NCBI GenBank assembly: GCA_038279365.1
Contig: JAYODI010000059.1
Location: forward strand, 1-37,760
From: Candidatus Latescibacterota bacterium
Lineage (GTDB): Bacteria > Latescibacterota > UBA2968
DNA length: 37,760 nucleotides
Direction: 5' to 3'
Shown here: piece by piece, positions 37,154 to 37,760 of the stretch
Numbering within the stretch: the stretch's first letter is position 1
Layout of the letters: every line of letters starts with the position of its first letter
Made by a program: the position numbers and the translations under genes
The notes under the pieces: model-generated
Seen by the model: the letters and a program-made list of their open reading frames with translations, nothing else
What the model was told of the DNA's origin: nothing
The model's database searches: none

Positions 37154-37618
37154 ATGTTAGAGGCTTTTAAAAATATATTGGCCAAATTGCCGATCCTGGG
37201 TTCACGATCGAAGGTCTTACAGGTATCTCAAAAAACGTCTCAGGCATTGCGCCAGCTCATCCGACGCTATCAACGCCAAAAACGGTTGTGGATTTATATT
37301 ATTTTATCTTCTGTGTCCTTGATGGTTCTGTATACATTATTTAGTTTGTTATGGGTTGAGTTGTGGGATGGAGGGGGCGTGGTGCCTGTGGTTTGGATTA
37401 TTTTAGCGGGTGTAGGAATTGCCATTTATCAAGTGCGGCGATGCAATGATGTGATTCAAACTTTAAGACAGGCCTATACGGTGCAAGTGCAAATCGAAAA
37501 AGCAGAGGAAGAAAAGGCAGAAGAGGAAGAATCTCAAGAGAACCAAGGAGAGCCCAAAAAACGACCTATGCCAAGTCGCCCGTCAAGCAATGGGTCTCAA
37601 CGGTCATCGAATGAATGA
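37154..37618 (+). CDS. Hypothetical membrane protein (2 TM helices, charged tail)
   Basis: 154-aa ORF with two hydrophobic segments; AAGG upstream. Confidence 0.7.
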   Translation: MLEAFKNILAKLPILGSRSKVLQVSQKTSQALRQLIRRYQRQKRLWIYIILSSVSLMVLYTLFSLLWVELWDGGGVVPVVWIILAGVGIAIYQVRRCNDVIQTLRQAYTVQVQIEKAEEEKAEEEESQENQGEPKKRPMPSRPSSNGSQRSSNE

Positions 37619-37760
37619 TGTTTTTGTTTTGGGTTTTTGTTGTAAAAATTTGTTTTTATAAGTTTTAGGTGTTTTTGGGGCGTTGTAGATTTAAGTGCAA
37701 TGGGTGAAGGTCAAGTCCAAAAAGTTCTGTAAAAGTGTAGCCCCATGATAGGGGTTAGTT

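Overview
Chromosomal, mostly housekeeping and cell-envelope region of a bacterium. Paired DFDGxGxVxFxDFLxFAxxFG EF-hand/dockerin-like modules, a DUF6785/6784-like transporter and a FadL-like barrel suggest Candidatus Latescibacterota or a related FCB-group lineage (inference only). There are about 30 genes, most on the minus strand: an AlkP-superfamily phosphodiesterase (runs off the window and is absent from the ORF track), an SDR epimerase, two PLP enzymes, mdh, a TPR protein, a tautomerase, TauE, folD, a Na/Pi symporter, tandem clpP genes, an ECF sigma factor, a B12 radical SAM enzyme, a ferredoxin-thioredoxin reductase catalytic subunit, a large secreted metallopeptidase, a Helicase_C_3/WYL protein, fliL and flagellin. 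I saw no tRNA, rRNA, CRISPR array or transposase. The intergenic DNA is the most informative part. It holds a clear ZTP (pfl) riboswitch ahead of folD, a sigma-28 promoter and CsrA hairpin ahead of flagellin, and a sigma-54 promoter candidate. The best novelty candidate is an unrecognised ~100-nt RNA at 32188-32286, between the WYL gene and the secreted peptidase. It has its own near-consensus sigma-70 promoter, a six-C loop, and mutually exclusive terminator and antiterminator folds.
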